From Candidatus Omnitrophota bacterium (GTDB lineage Bacteria; Omnitrophota; Gorgyraeia; Zapsychrales; Zapsychraceae): a stretch of 64,000 nucleotides of DNA. Shown here one piece after another: positions 10,832 to 20,262 of the stretch. Position 1 is the stretch's first letter. Each line of letters begins with the position of its first letter. The notes under the pieces were generated by a model. That model made no database searches. It saw only the letters and a program-made list of their open reading frames with translations, and was not told where the DNA came from. The position numbers and the translations under genes were made by a program. The stretch covers positions 993-64,992 of the forward strand of contig JANQMA010000017.1 in the NCBI GenBank assembly GCA_028280285.1, in the 5' to 3' direction.

Positions 10832-11676
10832 AGCTAAACGATAATATATACCGGTTATTTGCAGATTTTATTTATCAGAAAAGCGGAATCGACCTGGGAG
10901 CAAATAAAAAAGGTCTGTTGAAGACGAGACTTCAAAAGCGGATCAGTGCTCTTGGGCTTAGTTCTTTTGAAGAATATTACGAGTTGGTTGTTGAGCAGAA
11001 AGATAGCGAAGAGTTAGTCGGAATGCTTGATGTGGTCTCAACGAACTATACGTTTTTCTTTAGAGAAAGGGATCATTTTGATTTTCTACTTAATGAGGGT
11101 ATTGGATGTATTGCGGAACGTAAAAATGAAACAGGCATTAAACAGCTTAGGGCATGGTGTGCGGCTTCTTCGACCGGTGAGGAAGCATATTCGATTATGA
11201 TTTGCCTTTTGGAGAAAATAAATCCAAGCCTCGGGTGGGATATTAAGATGCTGGCAACAGATATCTCGACGCAAGTGTTAGAAAAGGCAAAGAGAGGAGT
11301 TTACGGGGAAAATCAAGTTCAGAAAATGCCGAAGGCATTTGTCCATAAATATCTTGATACAGTGACTAACAAAGATAATAACCAAGCGTATCGCGTAAAA
11401 CCGATTTTGAATAATTATATTACCTATAGAAGACTTAATCTGATGAATCAGCGATTTCCTTTTAAGGGTAAATTTGATTTTATCTTCTGCCGTAATGTCA
11501 TGATTTATTTTGATCGCCCAACGCAAGAAATGCTTATTAAGAAAATGGCCTCATATTTAGAGGACGACGGGTATCTTTTTATAGGACATTCAGAGGCGCT
11601 GCCTGTTTCTTGTAAAAAGTATTTAAAGACTTTAGGGTCGGCACTTTTTCAGAAAATAAAAGGTGTTGATTTATAA
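10819..11676 (+). CDS. cheR: chemotaxis protein methyltransferase CheR
   Basis: N-terminal CheR all-alpha region plus SAM-dependent MTase motifs (ALELNDNIYRLFADFIYQKSGIDL...RAWCAASSTGEEAYSIMI...FDFIFCRNVMIYFD). Confidence 0.9.
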   Translation: MPALELNDNIYRLFADFIYQKSGIDLGANKKGLLKTRLQKRISALGLSSFEEYYELVVEQKDSEELVGMLDVVSTNYTFFFRERDHFDFLLNEGIGCIAERKNETGIKQLRAWCAASSTGEEAYSIMICLLEKINPSLGWDIKMLATDISTQVLEKAKRGVYGENQVQKMPKAFVHKYLDTVTNKDNNQAYRVKPILNNYITYRRLNLMNQRFPFKGKFDFIFCRNVMIYFDRPTQEMLIKKMASYLEDDGYLFIGHSEALPVSCKKYLKTLGSALFQKIKGVDL

Positions 11677-11696
11677 AGGGGTTAAATAAAAACACT

Positions 11697-13085
11697 ATGC
11701 GATTTTATAAAAGAATTGTTTTAGGGATGTTTTTTCTGGCGGTGCTTATGATGTATGCGTTTTATCTAGACTTTTCGATATTTCTTGAAAATAAAGAAAA
11801 TTATCAAACGACGATCGAGCAAAATAACACCGGTTGGCGTGAGATTCAAGTAATGAAGAAGGATGTGCTGGCGATAAAAACGGCCATGTATCAACTGGTA
11901 GATTGGGATGTAGCGGCTGATGCTGATTTTCGTAAAAAAGCAATTCTATCAACAATAATGGTGAAATTGCGTGATTCTCATAATCAACTACATTTGTTTT
12001 CGCTTAATGATCAAGGCCTATATGCCTCTTTAGAAAATCAAGTTTACGATCTTTTTAAGATTCGGGAAAACTCTTTTTATTACCAAAGTTTGATTGGTGG
12101 CACAAGCATACAACAAGGTGGGGAACAGATCAGTGTCTATTTACAACACCTCATGTGGGAAAATGAAAAGTGGTGGCAGGCTGCAGAGAAAAGTTTGAGC
12201 GATAACCGGGTTATAGAAACTCAGTGGCCACTCGAGCCCTTAATGACGCGCTATTTTTCCGGGGCGAAGCGGGATGAAGGGCTTATAGACTTGTTTGACC
12301 GCCTTAAAAAAAGTCGCGGTCTTATCTATCAGATGGTTGAATCGATGGAGAGAGAAGATTCCTTTACGCAGAAAGAGAATATTTTTCGCGACAATGAGTC
12401 TGTAAAACAACAGACTCACCAGGCACTTGTTGATCTGCGGGATTATTGGATGAGTCGGCAAAGCGAGTTGCAGCAAAGATGGACACTGCAATCTTCTCTG
12501 GCATTTGACTTAATTAATCAAATCGATCTATGGCTTGATGAACTGCTGGCCCAAAGAAATCAATTATTGGCTGATCAGATTATGACCAGTCAATCAGCCG
12601 ATAAAACGATCAATGAGCTTGAGCTGGGCATTACAGTATTAAATATTCTTATCATCGTCCTCATGTCTATTTTGATTATCCGGTTTTCAACGAAGTTTTT
12701 GTTTAGGTTGGATAATCTTAATGAGGGCACGCGTCAAATATGTAATGCCGCACAAGACCTTTATCAAAAGCAAATTGATGATATCCATGATATGGCGGAT
12801 GCCGTAAGCAGAAATGAACCATATATTGGTGAAAGGACCGATAGTTTAAAAAAGGACATTCGGATGACTAATAATTTGGTTGAGAATGTTGAGCTTCTCA
12901 ATGAATTGGTTTTGGATGTTAATCAAGCTGCTGGACGTAAAATGTTTTTTTTAGATCAGGACAATCATCGTGGTCCTGAGAGGCGAGGTGAGCGCGTTAA
13001 TAATAATCAACTCGAGGCATACTTTGAGAATTTAATAGGTGCTAAACAGCCACAAAAAATCCAAGCAATGCACGACGATAGGTGA
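11697..13085 (+). CDS. membrane sensor-like protein: two TM helices flanking a periplasmic domain of about 280 aa, with a short cytoplasmic tail and no recognisable output domain
   Basis: TM1 LGMFFLAVLMMYAFYL and TM2 ITVLNILIIVLMSILII read from the translation. No MCP signalling core or kinase motifs. Embedded between cheR and cheB. Confidence 0.55.
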   Translation: MRFYKRIVLGMFFLAVLMMYAFYLDFSIFLENKENYQTTIEQNNTGWREIQVMKKDVLAIKTAMYQLVDWDVAADADFRKKAILSTIMVKLRDSHNQLHLFSLNDQGLYASLENQVYDLFKIRENSFYYQSLIGGTSIQQGGEQISVYLQHLMWENEKWWQAAEKSLSDNRVIETQWPLEPLMTRYFSGAKRDEGLIDLFDRLKKSRGLIYQMVESMEREDSFTQKENIFRDNESVKQQTHQALVDLRDYWMSRQSELQQRWTLQSSLAFDLINQIDLWLDELLAQRNQLLADQIMTSQSADKTINELELGITVLNILIIVLMSILIIRFSTKFLFRLDNLNEGTRQICNAAQDLYQKQIDDIHDMADAVSRNEPYIGERTDSLKKDIRMTNNLVENVELLNELVLDVNQAAGRKMFFLDQDNHRGPERRGERVNNNQLEAYFENLIGAKQPQKIQAMHDDR

Positions 13086-13089
13086 ATAG

Positions 13090-14142
<1,053 letters not shown>

Positions 14143-14154
14143 AGGAATGTATAT

Positions 14155-14550
14155 ATGTTTCCTATTAAAAATATCATGACCAAAGATGTCGTTTCGGTTA
14201 CATCGGATACACCTATTTATGAGGCTATTGAGCAACTGGTCGTCAATAGGATCAGCGGTGTGCCGGTTGTAACGCACGATATGCGGCTGGTCGGTGTTTT
14301 AAGTGAGTGGGATGTTTTACAGTTATTAACGGAAAAGGAAGTTGGTAAAGAACGTACAGTCGAAAGCTATATGACTAAGGAAGTCATTAGTTTTGATGAA
14401 AATGAAAGCGCACTTAAAGTATGCGAATTTTTTAAAGACAGTTATAAGCGGCGTGCTCCTGTGATTAGAGATGGCAAGTTGGTTGGCGTTGTTAGTCGCC
14501 ATGATGTGATTGAATTAATTTTAAGAATACGAAGAAAGATTTCAAGATAG
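14155..14550 (+). CDS. CBS-pair domain protein
   Basis: 131 aa with two CBS motifs (IMTKDVVSV...VNRISGVPVV and MTKEVISF...RRAPVIRDGKLVGVVSRHDV). Confidence 0.75.
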   Translation: MFPIKNIMTKDVVSVTSDTPIYEAIEQLVVNRISGVPVVTHDMRLVGVLSEWDVLQLLTEKEVGKERTVESYMTKEVISFDENESALKVCEFFKDSYKRRAPVIRDGKLVGVVSRHDVIELILRIRRKISR

Positions 14551-14564
14551 AAAGGAATGGGATT

Positions 14565-14975
14565 ATGTGGAGAATTTTAGTGGTTGATGACAGTTTCACT
14601 AATCGTCAGCTTATTTTAGAAATTTTACGTGGCAAGGCAGAGTGTGATATGGCGGCCAATGGTATGGAGGCGATGACGGCGTATAAAGATTCATTAAATA
14701 ATAAACCGTACGATCTTATTTTGTTAGATGTGGCCATGCCGGAGATAAGCGGTACCGAGTTTTTAGGTCAACTAAGGGAACACGAGAAAACATCAGGCAT
14801 TGATTTAGGCGACGGCATACCGGTTATTATGGTAACGGCCTATGATAAACCTGTAATCGAGTCTTTCAATAAAGGGTGCGATGATTATATTTTAAAACCT
14901 GTGGACCCGGATGAATTACTGAGAAAAGTTGAGGATAAATTAGGCAAGGTTTCGAGCACTAATCAGGAAGAGTGA
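14565..14975 (+). CDS. CheY-like single-domain response regulator
   Basis: REC domain with the acidic pocket (VVDDS), phospho-acceptor Asp (LILLDVAMP), the T (VIMVTA) and the K (ILKP). Confidence 0.85.
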   Translation: MWRILVVDDSFTNRQLILEILRGKAECDMAANGMEAMTAYKDSLNNKPYDLILLDVAMPEISGTEFLGQLREHEKTSGIDLGDGIPVIMVTAYDKPVIESFNKGCDDYILKPVDPDELLRKVEDKLGKVSSTNQEE

Positions 14976-15907
14976 ATATGGAAGCAGAGCCGGTCGGTCC
15001 AACTGACCTTGAACGGGTTTTTCTTCTTCCGGGCGAGTATCATGTGACAGAAAAACCAAAATTTTTAGCGACACTTTTAGGATCATGTGTCGCGGTATGC
15101 CTTTATAACAAGCATAACGGGAGTGCTGCGTTGAATCATTTTGTGCGGGACAGATCATCAGCCGGTGACAATGATATAGGCCGGTTCGGAGACCTTTCGA
15201 TTAAACATATTGTCAAAGGTTTAAAAGCCTTTGATCCGGATCCTTCCCATTATGAGGCCAAAATATACGGCGGAGGTAATGTGGTTGGGCATTTGAACTT
15301 TGGTGTGAATATAGGCGCGCAAAATATTTCTGTAGCCAAAGAAGTATTGGGTGAGTTGCGTATCCCTATTGTGGAAGATGATACCGGTGGAGGACGGGGC
15401 AGAAAGATTTATTTTAACACATCTAATTTTGATGTCATGACCCGTTTTATGGGTCAGGAGAAAAGAGATTTTAGTAAGCAAGACGTCCGGGTTTTAATCG
15501 TCGATGATTCTATGCTTGTGCGTAGTGTTTTGCGTGGTGTGATTGAACAAACCCCAGGCATGAAAGTTGTTGCAGAGGCATCTGATGCTTTTGAAGCGCG
15601 CGATCTTATTATATCGACGGATCCTGATGTGATCAGTTTGGATATTGTGATGCCAAAAATCGATGGCCTTAAGTTTTTGGAAAAAATTATGGGGCATTAC
15701 CCAAAACCGGTGGTGATTGTTTCAACGATTGCCAAAAACAACTCTGATATAACGAAAAAAGCCCAGAAGCTGGGTGCTGTGGGTGTTGTCGACAAAGATG
15801 TCTTGGAGATTTATAAAGGACAGGAACGGGCCAAAAAAGAGTATATTCCCCTTTTGCGTATGGCAGCGGATCGAAAGGTTGAGAAAACAGTTAAGTATGA
15901 GCGTTAA
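14972..15907 (+). CDS. CheD-receiver fusion (N-terminal CheD domain fused to a C-terminal CheB-like REC domain)
   Basis: N-terminus HVTEKPKFLATLLGSCVAVCLYNK...IYGGGNV...GRKIYFNTSNFDV is CheD-like. C-terminus VRVLIVDDSMLVRSVL...VISLDIVMPKIDGLKFLEKIM...VVIVST is a receiver domain. Second cheD paralog in the cluster. Confidence 0.75.
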   Translation: MNMEAEPVGPTDLERVFLLPGEYHVTEKPKFLATLLGSCVAVCLYNKHNGSAALNHFVRDRSSAGDNDIGRFGDLSIKHIVKGLKAFDPDPSHYEAKIYGGGNVVGHLNFGVNIGAQNISVAKEVLGELRIPIVEDDTGGGRGRKIYFNTSNFDVMTRFMGQEKRDFSKQDVRVLIVDDSMLVRSVLRGVIEQTPGMKVVAEASDAFEARDLIISTDPDVISLDIVMPKIDGLKFLEKIMGHYPKPVVIVSTIAKNNSDITKKAQKLGAVGVVDKDVLEIYKGQERAKKEYIPLLRMAADRKVEKTVKYER

Positions 15908-16841
15908 TAAAATTCTTATTTATGAAGAAGTGGCCGATGATGTGGCCATGATCGAGTATCTTTGCAAGCAGCATGAGATGGAGCCGCATCTTGCACGTGA
16001 TTTTAGCGAGGCCGAGCATATTCTTAAAAGAGAGGATATTAGTGTTGCGGTAATTAATTACGCCCTTGAAAAGTTGACCTTAAAAAGTGATATCGCGGTT
16101 GTAGCGACAGGAGAATCAAGGCTGGAGGCCAGTATGAAGATTATTGGCTACAATCCCGTCTGTTTTATTCCTAAGCCTTTGACTTTTGCGACGATTTCAT
16201 TAGGGTTGACCAAGGCGGCCAAATCATTGTGTGAGACCAAAAGTTATCCTTCTAATGTTGTTAATGTGTTTATGATTTTAGGGGAAATGGAGGCAAAGCT
16301 TATAGCCTTAACAAAAGATGAGCATCACAATATGACTTTAAGTGAACTGGTTAAAGATCATTGTGAGGAGCATTGTCCGTTTGCATGCACCGGAAGCCAG
16401 ATGAGCCAAGACGATGAAAATGAGTATGAGGTGCTTAATTATTTTACATCCCGTGGGGCCTTATTTTGTAAACGTAAAAATATTTGTGAGCTATGGCGTT
16501 TTCATGACTGGTTGGCTGAGGATTATCCGCATCTTGTCAGTGAGCGTCCAACGGATTTGTTGCGGTGTGATTCGTTGAGTGAAGAAAAGATTGGTTTTAT
16601 GGACGGTCTGACACGGGTGATTCAAAAATATAATGACAAGATCAATTTGCTTTATGAGTTGAAGTTTGAGTATGACATGAAAAAATGTGACGCCAAAAAG
16701 GAAGGACTAGAGTTTCAAAAAGGAGATCATCTTTTTTCCAAGGCAGATGAAATTATGAATTGCACTAATTGTGCGTATTGCACAGAGCATGAATGCCCCT
16801 TGGATAAATTCTTTGAAATTTTTAAAAGGAAAGTTATTTAA
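15897..16841 (+). CDS. hypothetical protein with a degenerate REC-like N-terminus and Cys-rich C-terminal motifs
   Basis: Start reassigned to the ATG at 15897 (MSVNKILIYEE), overlapping the upstream stop. The 15774 start would overlap the upstream gene by 130 nt. Cys motifs HCEEHCPFAC and CTNCAYCTEHECP (C-x2-C-x2-C-x4-C-P, ferredoxin-like spacing but with x4). Confidence 0.5.
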   Translation: MSVNKILIYEEVADDVAMIEYLCKQHEMEPHLARDFSEAEHILKREDISVAVINYALEKLTLKSDIAVVATGESRLEASMKIIGYNPVCFIPKPLTFATISLGLTKAAKSLCETKSYPSNVVNVFMILGEMEAKLIALTKDEHHNMTLSELVKDHCEEHCPFACTGSQMSQDDENEYEVLNYFTSRGALFCKRKNICELWRFHDWLAEDYPHLVSERPTDLLRCDSLSEEKIGFMDGLTRVIQKYNDKINLLYELKFEYDMKKCDAKKEGLEFQKGDHLFSKADEIMNCTNCAYCTEHECPLDKFFEIFKRKVI

Positions 16842-16844
16842 TCA

Positions 16845-18032
16845 ATGAAAAAAATACTTATTGTCGACGACGACCCAAATACAAGAAACCTCATGAAACA
16901 AGCCCTTAAAGGTAATGAGTTTATGGAGGCCGAAAACGGCATCAAGGCGCTCGAAGTGGTGGAAGACTTCGATCCCGATCTTATATTGCTTGATCAGAGA
17001 ATGCCCGAGATGGATGGCATTATGACGCTCGATGAGCTCAATAAAAAAGGCATTGAGTTTTATTGCATTATGGTGACGGCTGAAGGGACTGTGCAGTTGG
17101 CAACCGAATCGCTTAAAAGAGGTGCGATTGATTTTATTCAAAAGCCCTTTGATATTTTTGCCTTCCAGCATGTGGTGGAAAGATCCCTGCAGTATGTAGA
17201 AGTAGAAAAAGAGCGTAAACAAGCTCAAGAGGAGTTGGTTCGTCATAAAAATCATCTCGAAGAATTGGTTAAAGAAAGAACAGCCGAGGCCGATAGGGCA
17301 AGGCTCGCTGCCGAAGATGCCAATCAGGCTAAATCGGAGTTTTTGGCGAATATGAGTCATGAGCTACGCACACCGATGCATGCGATTCTAAGTTTTGCCA
17401 AGTTTGGCGATGACCGTATCGATAAAGTAGAAAAGGAAAAACTACACACATACTTTAAAGAAATACGCGGCAGCGGGGAGAGGCTGCTGAGGCTGCTTAA
17501 TGATCTTCTCGATCTTTCTAAATTGGAGGCCGGTCAGACAACATATGAAATGAAACAAGAAAAACTCTCTATTCTTATGCAAAGAGTTATCTTGGAGCTT
17601 TCATCTGTCTGTGAAGAAAAGAAAGTTTCCGTGGTATTTCAGGAGCCGGGCTTTGATGATCAAGTTTATGCTGATGCCAGCAAAATTATTCAGGTAATGG
17701 TTAATCTATTATCCAATGCCGTTAAGTTTTCTCCGGAGGGAGAAAGCATTACGATTGATTTACAAGATGATGGGGACAACATTATATATGCCGTAATTGA
17801 TAAAGGTGTGGGTATTCCGAAAGATGAGTTAGAGCATGTGTTTGATAAGTTCGTTCAAAGTAGTAAAACAAAATCCGGAGCCGGGGGAACAGGTCTTGGG
17901 TTGGCTATTGCCAAAAAGATTGTCGTTGATCATGACGGAACGATTTGGGCTGAGGAAAATCCAGAAGGAGGTGCGATCTTTAAAATGCGTCTTCCTAAGA
18001 AAAAGCCGGAGAGTGATTTCTCAGCATCATAG
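16845..18032 (+). CDS. hybrid response regulator-histidine kinase (REC-HisKA-HATPase)
   Basis: REC (ILIVDDDPNTRN...LILLDQRMPEMDG), canonical H-box ANMSHELRTPMHAIL, N box LLSNAVKFS, G1 DKGVGI, G2 GGTGLGLAI. Confidence 0.88.
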   Translation: MKKILIVDDDPNTRNLMKQALKGNEFMEAENGIKALEVVEDFDPDLILLDQRMPEMDGIMTLDELNKKGIEFYCIMVTAEGTVQLATESLKRGAIDFIQKPFDIFAFQHVVERSLQYVEVEKERKQAQEELVRHKNHLEELVKERTAEADRARLAAEDANQAKSEFLANMSHELRTPMHAILSFAKFGDDRIDKVEKEKLHTYFKEIRGSGERLLRLLNDLLDLSKLEAGQTTYEMKQEKLSILMQRVILELSSVCEEKKVSVVFQEPGFDDQVYADASKIIQVMVNLLSNAVKFSPEGESITIDLQDDGDNIIYAVIDKGVGIPKDELEHVFDKFVQSSKTKSGAGGTGLGLAIAKKIVVDHDGTIWAEENPEGGAIFKMRLPKKKPESDFSAS

Positions 18033-18053
18033 GTAACATAAGGAGAATAAACA

Positions 18054-19136
18054 GTGCCAGATAATCATTCACGCATTCTCATTGTCGATGATGAACCGTC
18101 TAATATTGCTGTTTTAGAAAATATTTTTGAAGGAGAGTTTGTCCTTAAGTCTGTGTCTTCGGGCAAAGAAGCGCTTGAGGCGATAGAGGATTTTTATCCA
18201 GACATTGTCTTACTTGACATTATGATGCCCGGGCTTGACGGGTATGAAGTCTGCCAAAGGCTTCGTGACAGAGAAGAAACGCGCTTTACAAAAATTATAT
18301 TTGTCAGCGCCAAAGAAAAGACAGAAGACAGGCTTAAAGGTTACGGTACGGGGGCGGATGATTATATCACCAAGCCTTTTGATGCCGATGAAATAGCGGC
18401 TAAGGTGCGTATTTTTTTAAAGCTCAAATATGTCGAAGAAGTTGATGAGATCAAAAATGAATTTTTAAATATGTTTGTTAAGGAAAAAAAGACGCCTTTG
18501 CGCGAGATTTTGGGGTTTGCTTCTCTTTTAAAAAAGAGTGTCTTGCCGTCTTTTGCGGATCAGGTTTCGGTTGATGAAATCATTGAACGCGGTAATCACT
18601 TATGGGAGCTTTCTAAAAAAACAAAACTTTTGTGTGAGCTTAAACACAACAAACCATTAACGCAGCAACACCAGGAGATTAATTCCCTGATTGATATGGC
18701 TGTGGAAAATGCCAAGGCTAGATGTAAAAACAAAGATATTTCGTTTCATATACCGAATGGATTTAAACAAGAGGTTTTTCTCGATCCTTCTCTATTTGCG
18801 AAGGCTTTAGCGTATGTGATTGAGAATGCTATTGAGCATTCTCAATCCGGGGGAGAAATAACCGTTTTTTGTGAAGAGGCGGATGAACGATTTTCAGTGA
18901 AAGTTAAAGATCAAGGGCAGCGCATTGACAATAAAAATATGCGAAATATTTTTAATGAATTTGCCACGTCTAATGATAATGCTCCAGAACGTCGTGGAGG
19001 GATCAACTTAACGATTGCCAGAAGAATTGCTTGGCTTCATCAAGGGGATTTTAACATTAGCAATAATGAACATGAGGGTGTCACGTTTGAGTTTAGTTTG
19101 CCTAAAACCGTCGAAAGAGGCAGTTTAACGGATTAA
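18054..19136 (+). CDS. REC-containing histidine-kinase-like protein with degenerate H-box and G2 box (likely pseudokinase)
   Basis: REC domain intact (ILIVDDEPSNIAV...[13 protein letters not shown]). The H-box reads LNMFVKEKKTPLREILGF, where the phospho-accepting His is replaced. The ATP-lid G2 reads RRGGINLT instead of GxGxG. Start GTG at 18054 with AAGGAG Shine-Dalgarno. Confidence 0.8.
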   Translation: MPDNHSRILIVDDEPSNIAVLENIFEGEFVLKSVSSGKEALEAIEDFYPDIVLLDIMMPGLDGYEVCQRLRDREETRFTKIIFVSAKEKTEDRLKGYGTGADDYITKPFDADEIAAKVRIFLKLKYVEEVDEIKNEFLNMFVKEKKTPLREILGFASLLKKSVLPSFADQVSVDEIIERGNHLWELSKKTKLLCELKHNKPLTQQHQEINSLIDMAVENAKARCKNKDISFHIPNGFKQEVFLDPSLFAKALAYVIENAIEHSQSGGEITVFCEEADERFSVKVKDQGQRIDNKNMRNIFNEFATSNDNAPERRGGINLTIARRIAWLHQGDFNISNNEHEGVTFEFSLPKTVERGSLTD

Positions 19137-19159
19137 CGTATCTTTGGGGGAATCGACTT

Positions 19160-20248
19160 ATGGACAGCCATAATCATAGAACCAAAATTTTGGCGGTGGA
19201 TGATGAGCCGACCAACATAACGATTTTCGAAAACATCTTTGAAGATAAAAAACGCTTTGAGTTAAGAACAGCTTCTTCAGGAGAAGAGGCTTTGGGTGTG
19301 ATGCCGGTGTTCAGACCGGATGTTGTTCTTTTGGATATCATGATGCCCGGCATAGACGGTTATGAAGTTTGTCAGAAAATAAGAGATGATGAAAACCTTC
19401 GTTTTACAAAGACCATTATGGTTTCCGCGAAAGCCATGCATGAGGAGAGAATTAGAGGCTATGAGTGTGGGGCCAATGATTATGTCACCAAACCATTTGA
19501 TGAAGATGAACTTCTTATGAAAGTTGAAAGTTTCTTTCAACTGAAATTTGCTAGTGAAATTAGTCAAGTGAAAGAAAATTTGATTAAGCTTGTTTCTCAT
19601 GAGTTGCGCACCCCACTTAACGGTATTTTGGGTTTTAGTGCCTTGCTTGATAAAAGTAATACGATAGGCGAAAGCGAAAAAAGATATATCCATCAGGTGA
19701 TGGAATGCGGTAATCAGCTGCTTGAGTTTTCGCAGAAAGCCTTATTGTTGTGTGATCTAAGATCAGGCAAAGCGCTCACCAAACAGTGGTGTTCGCTTAA
19801 TGAGATTATCACAAAGATTATTGCCAAACTGAAAGTCAAAGCCTCTGAATCGAATATAACTTTTTCTTATGAGGACAAAATCGATGAAGCGGTTTTAGGT
19901 GATTCTGTTCTTATTGAGCAGGCCTTAACATTTGTTATTGAAAATGCGGTTAAATTTTCCCCGGCCAATGGGGAGGTGTCCATACTGGCACAAAGTACCG
20001 GTCATGAGTGCATCATCCATGTGCAGGATCAAGGAGAGGGGATTGATGAAAGGCGGGTCGATGAGATATTTGAGGAAATGTCGCTCGATAATATGGATAA
20101 TCACCAGGAAGGCCAAGGCCTAAGCCTTGCTATTGCACAAAGTATTATGCAGTTACATGGCGGAACATTACAGTTATCGGAAAATTCTAAAGAGGGGTGT
20201 ACGTTTACGTTTAAATTTCCACCGTCGAAAGATAGCACTGTTAAGTAG
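19160..20248 (+). CDS. hybrid response regulator-histidine kinase, paralog of 18054..19136
   Basis: Same architecture and roughly 50% identical N-terminus as the upstream gene, but with the canonical H-box [15 protein letters not shown] plus DQGEGI and GQGLSLAI. Confidence 0.85.
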   Translation: MDSHNHRTKILAVDDEPTNITIFENIFEDKKRFELRTASSGEEALGVMPVFRPDVVLLDIMMPGIDGYEVCQKIRDDENLRFTKTIMVSAKAMHEERIRGYECGANDYVTKPFDEDELLMKVESFFQLKFASEISQVKENLIKLVSHELRTPLNGILGFSALLDKSNTIGESEKRYIHQVMECGNQLLEFSQKALLLCDLRSGKALTKQWCSLNEIITKIIAKLKVKASESNITFSYEDKIDEAVLGDSVLIEQALTFVIENAVKFSPANGEVSILAQSTGHECIIHVQDQGEGIDERRVDEIFEEMSLDNMDNHQEGQGLSLAIAQSIMQLHGGTLQLSENSKEGCTFTFKFPPSKDSTVK

Positions 20249-20262
20249 AAATTAGGGGAAAA

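Noticed and set aside
15774-15896. Upstream start for the Cys-rich protein ORF overlapping the CheD-REC gene by 130 nt
   Set aside because: The overlap lies within the well-supported REC domain of the upstream gene. The ATG at 15897 overlaps only the stop codon.
16842-17360. 172-aa minus-strand ORF overlapping the start of the REC-HK gene
   Set aside because: It is antisense to the receiver domain. Spurious.
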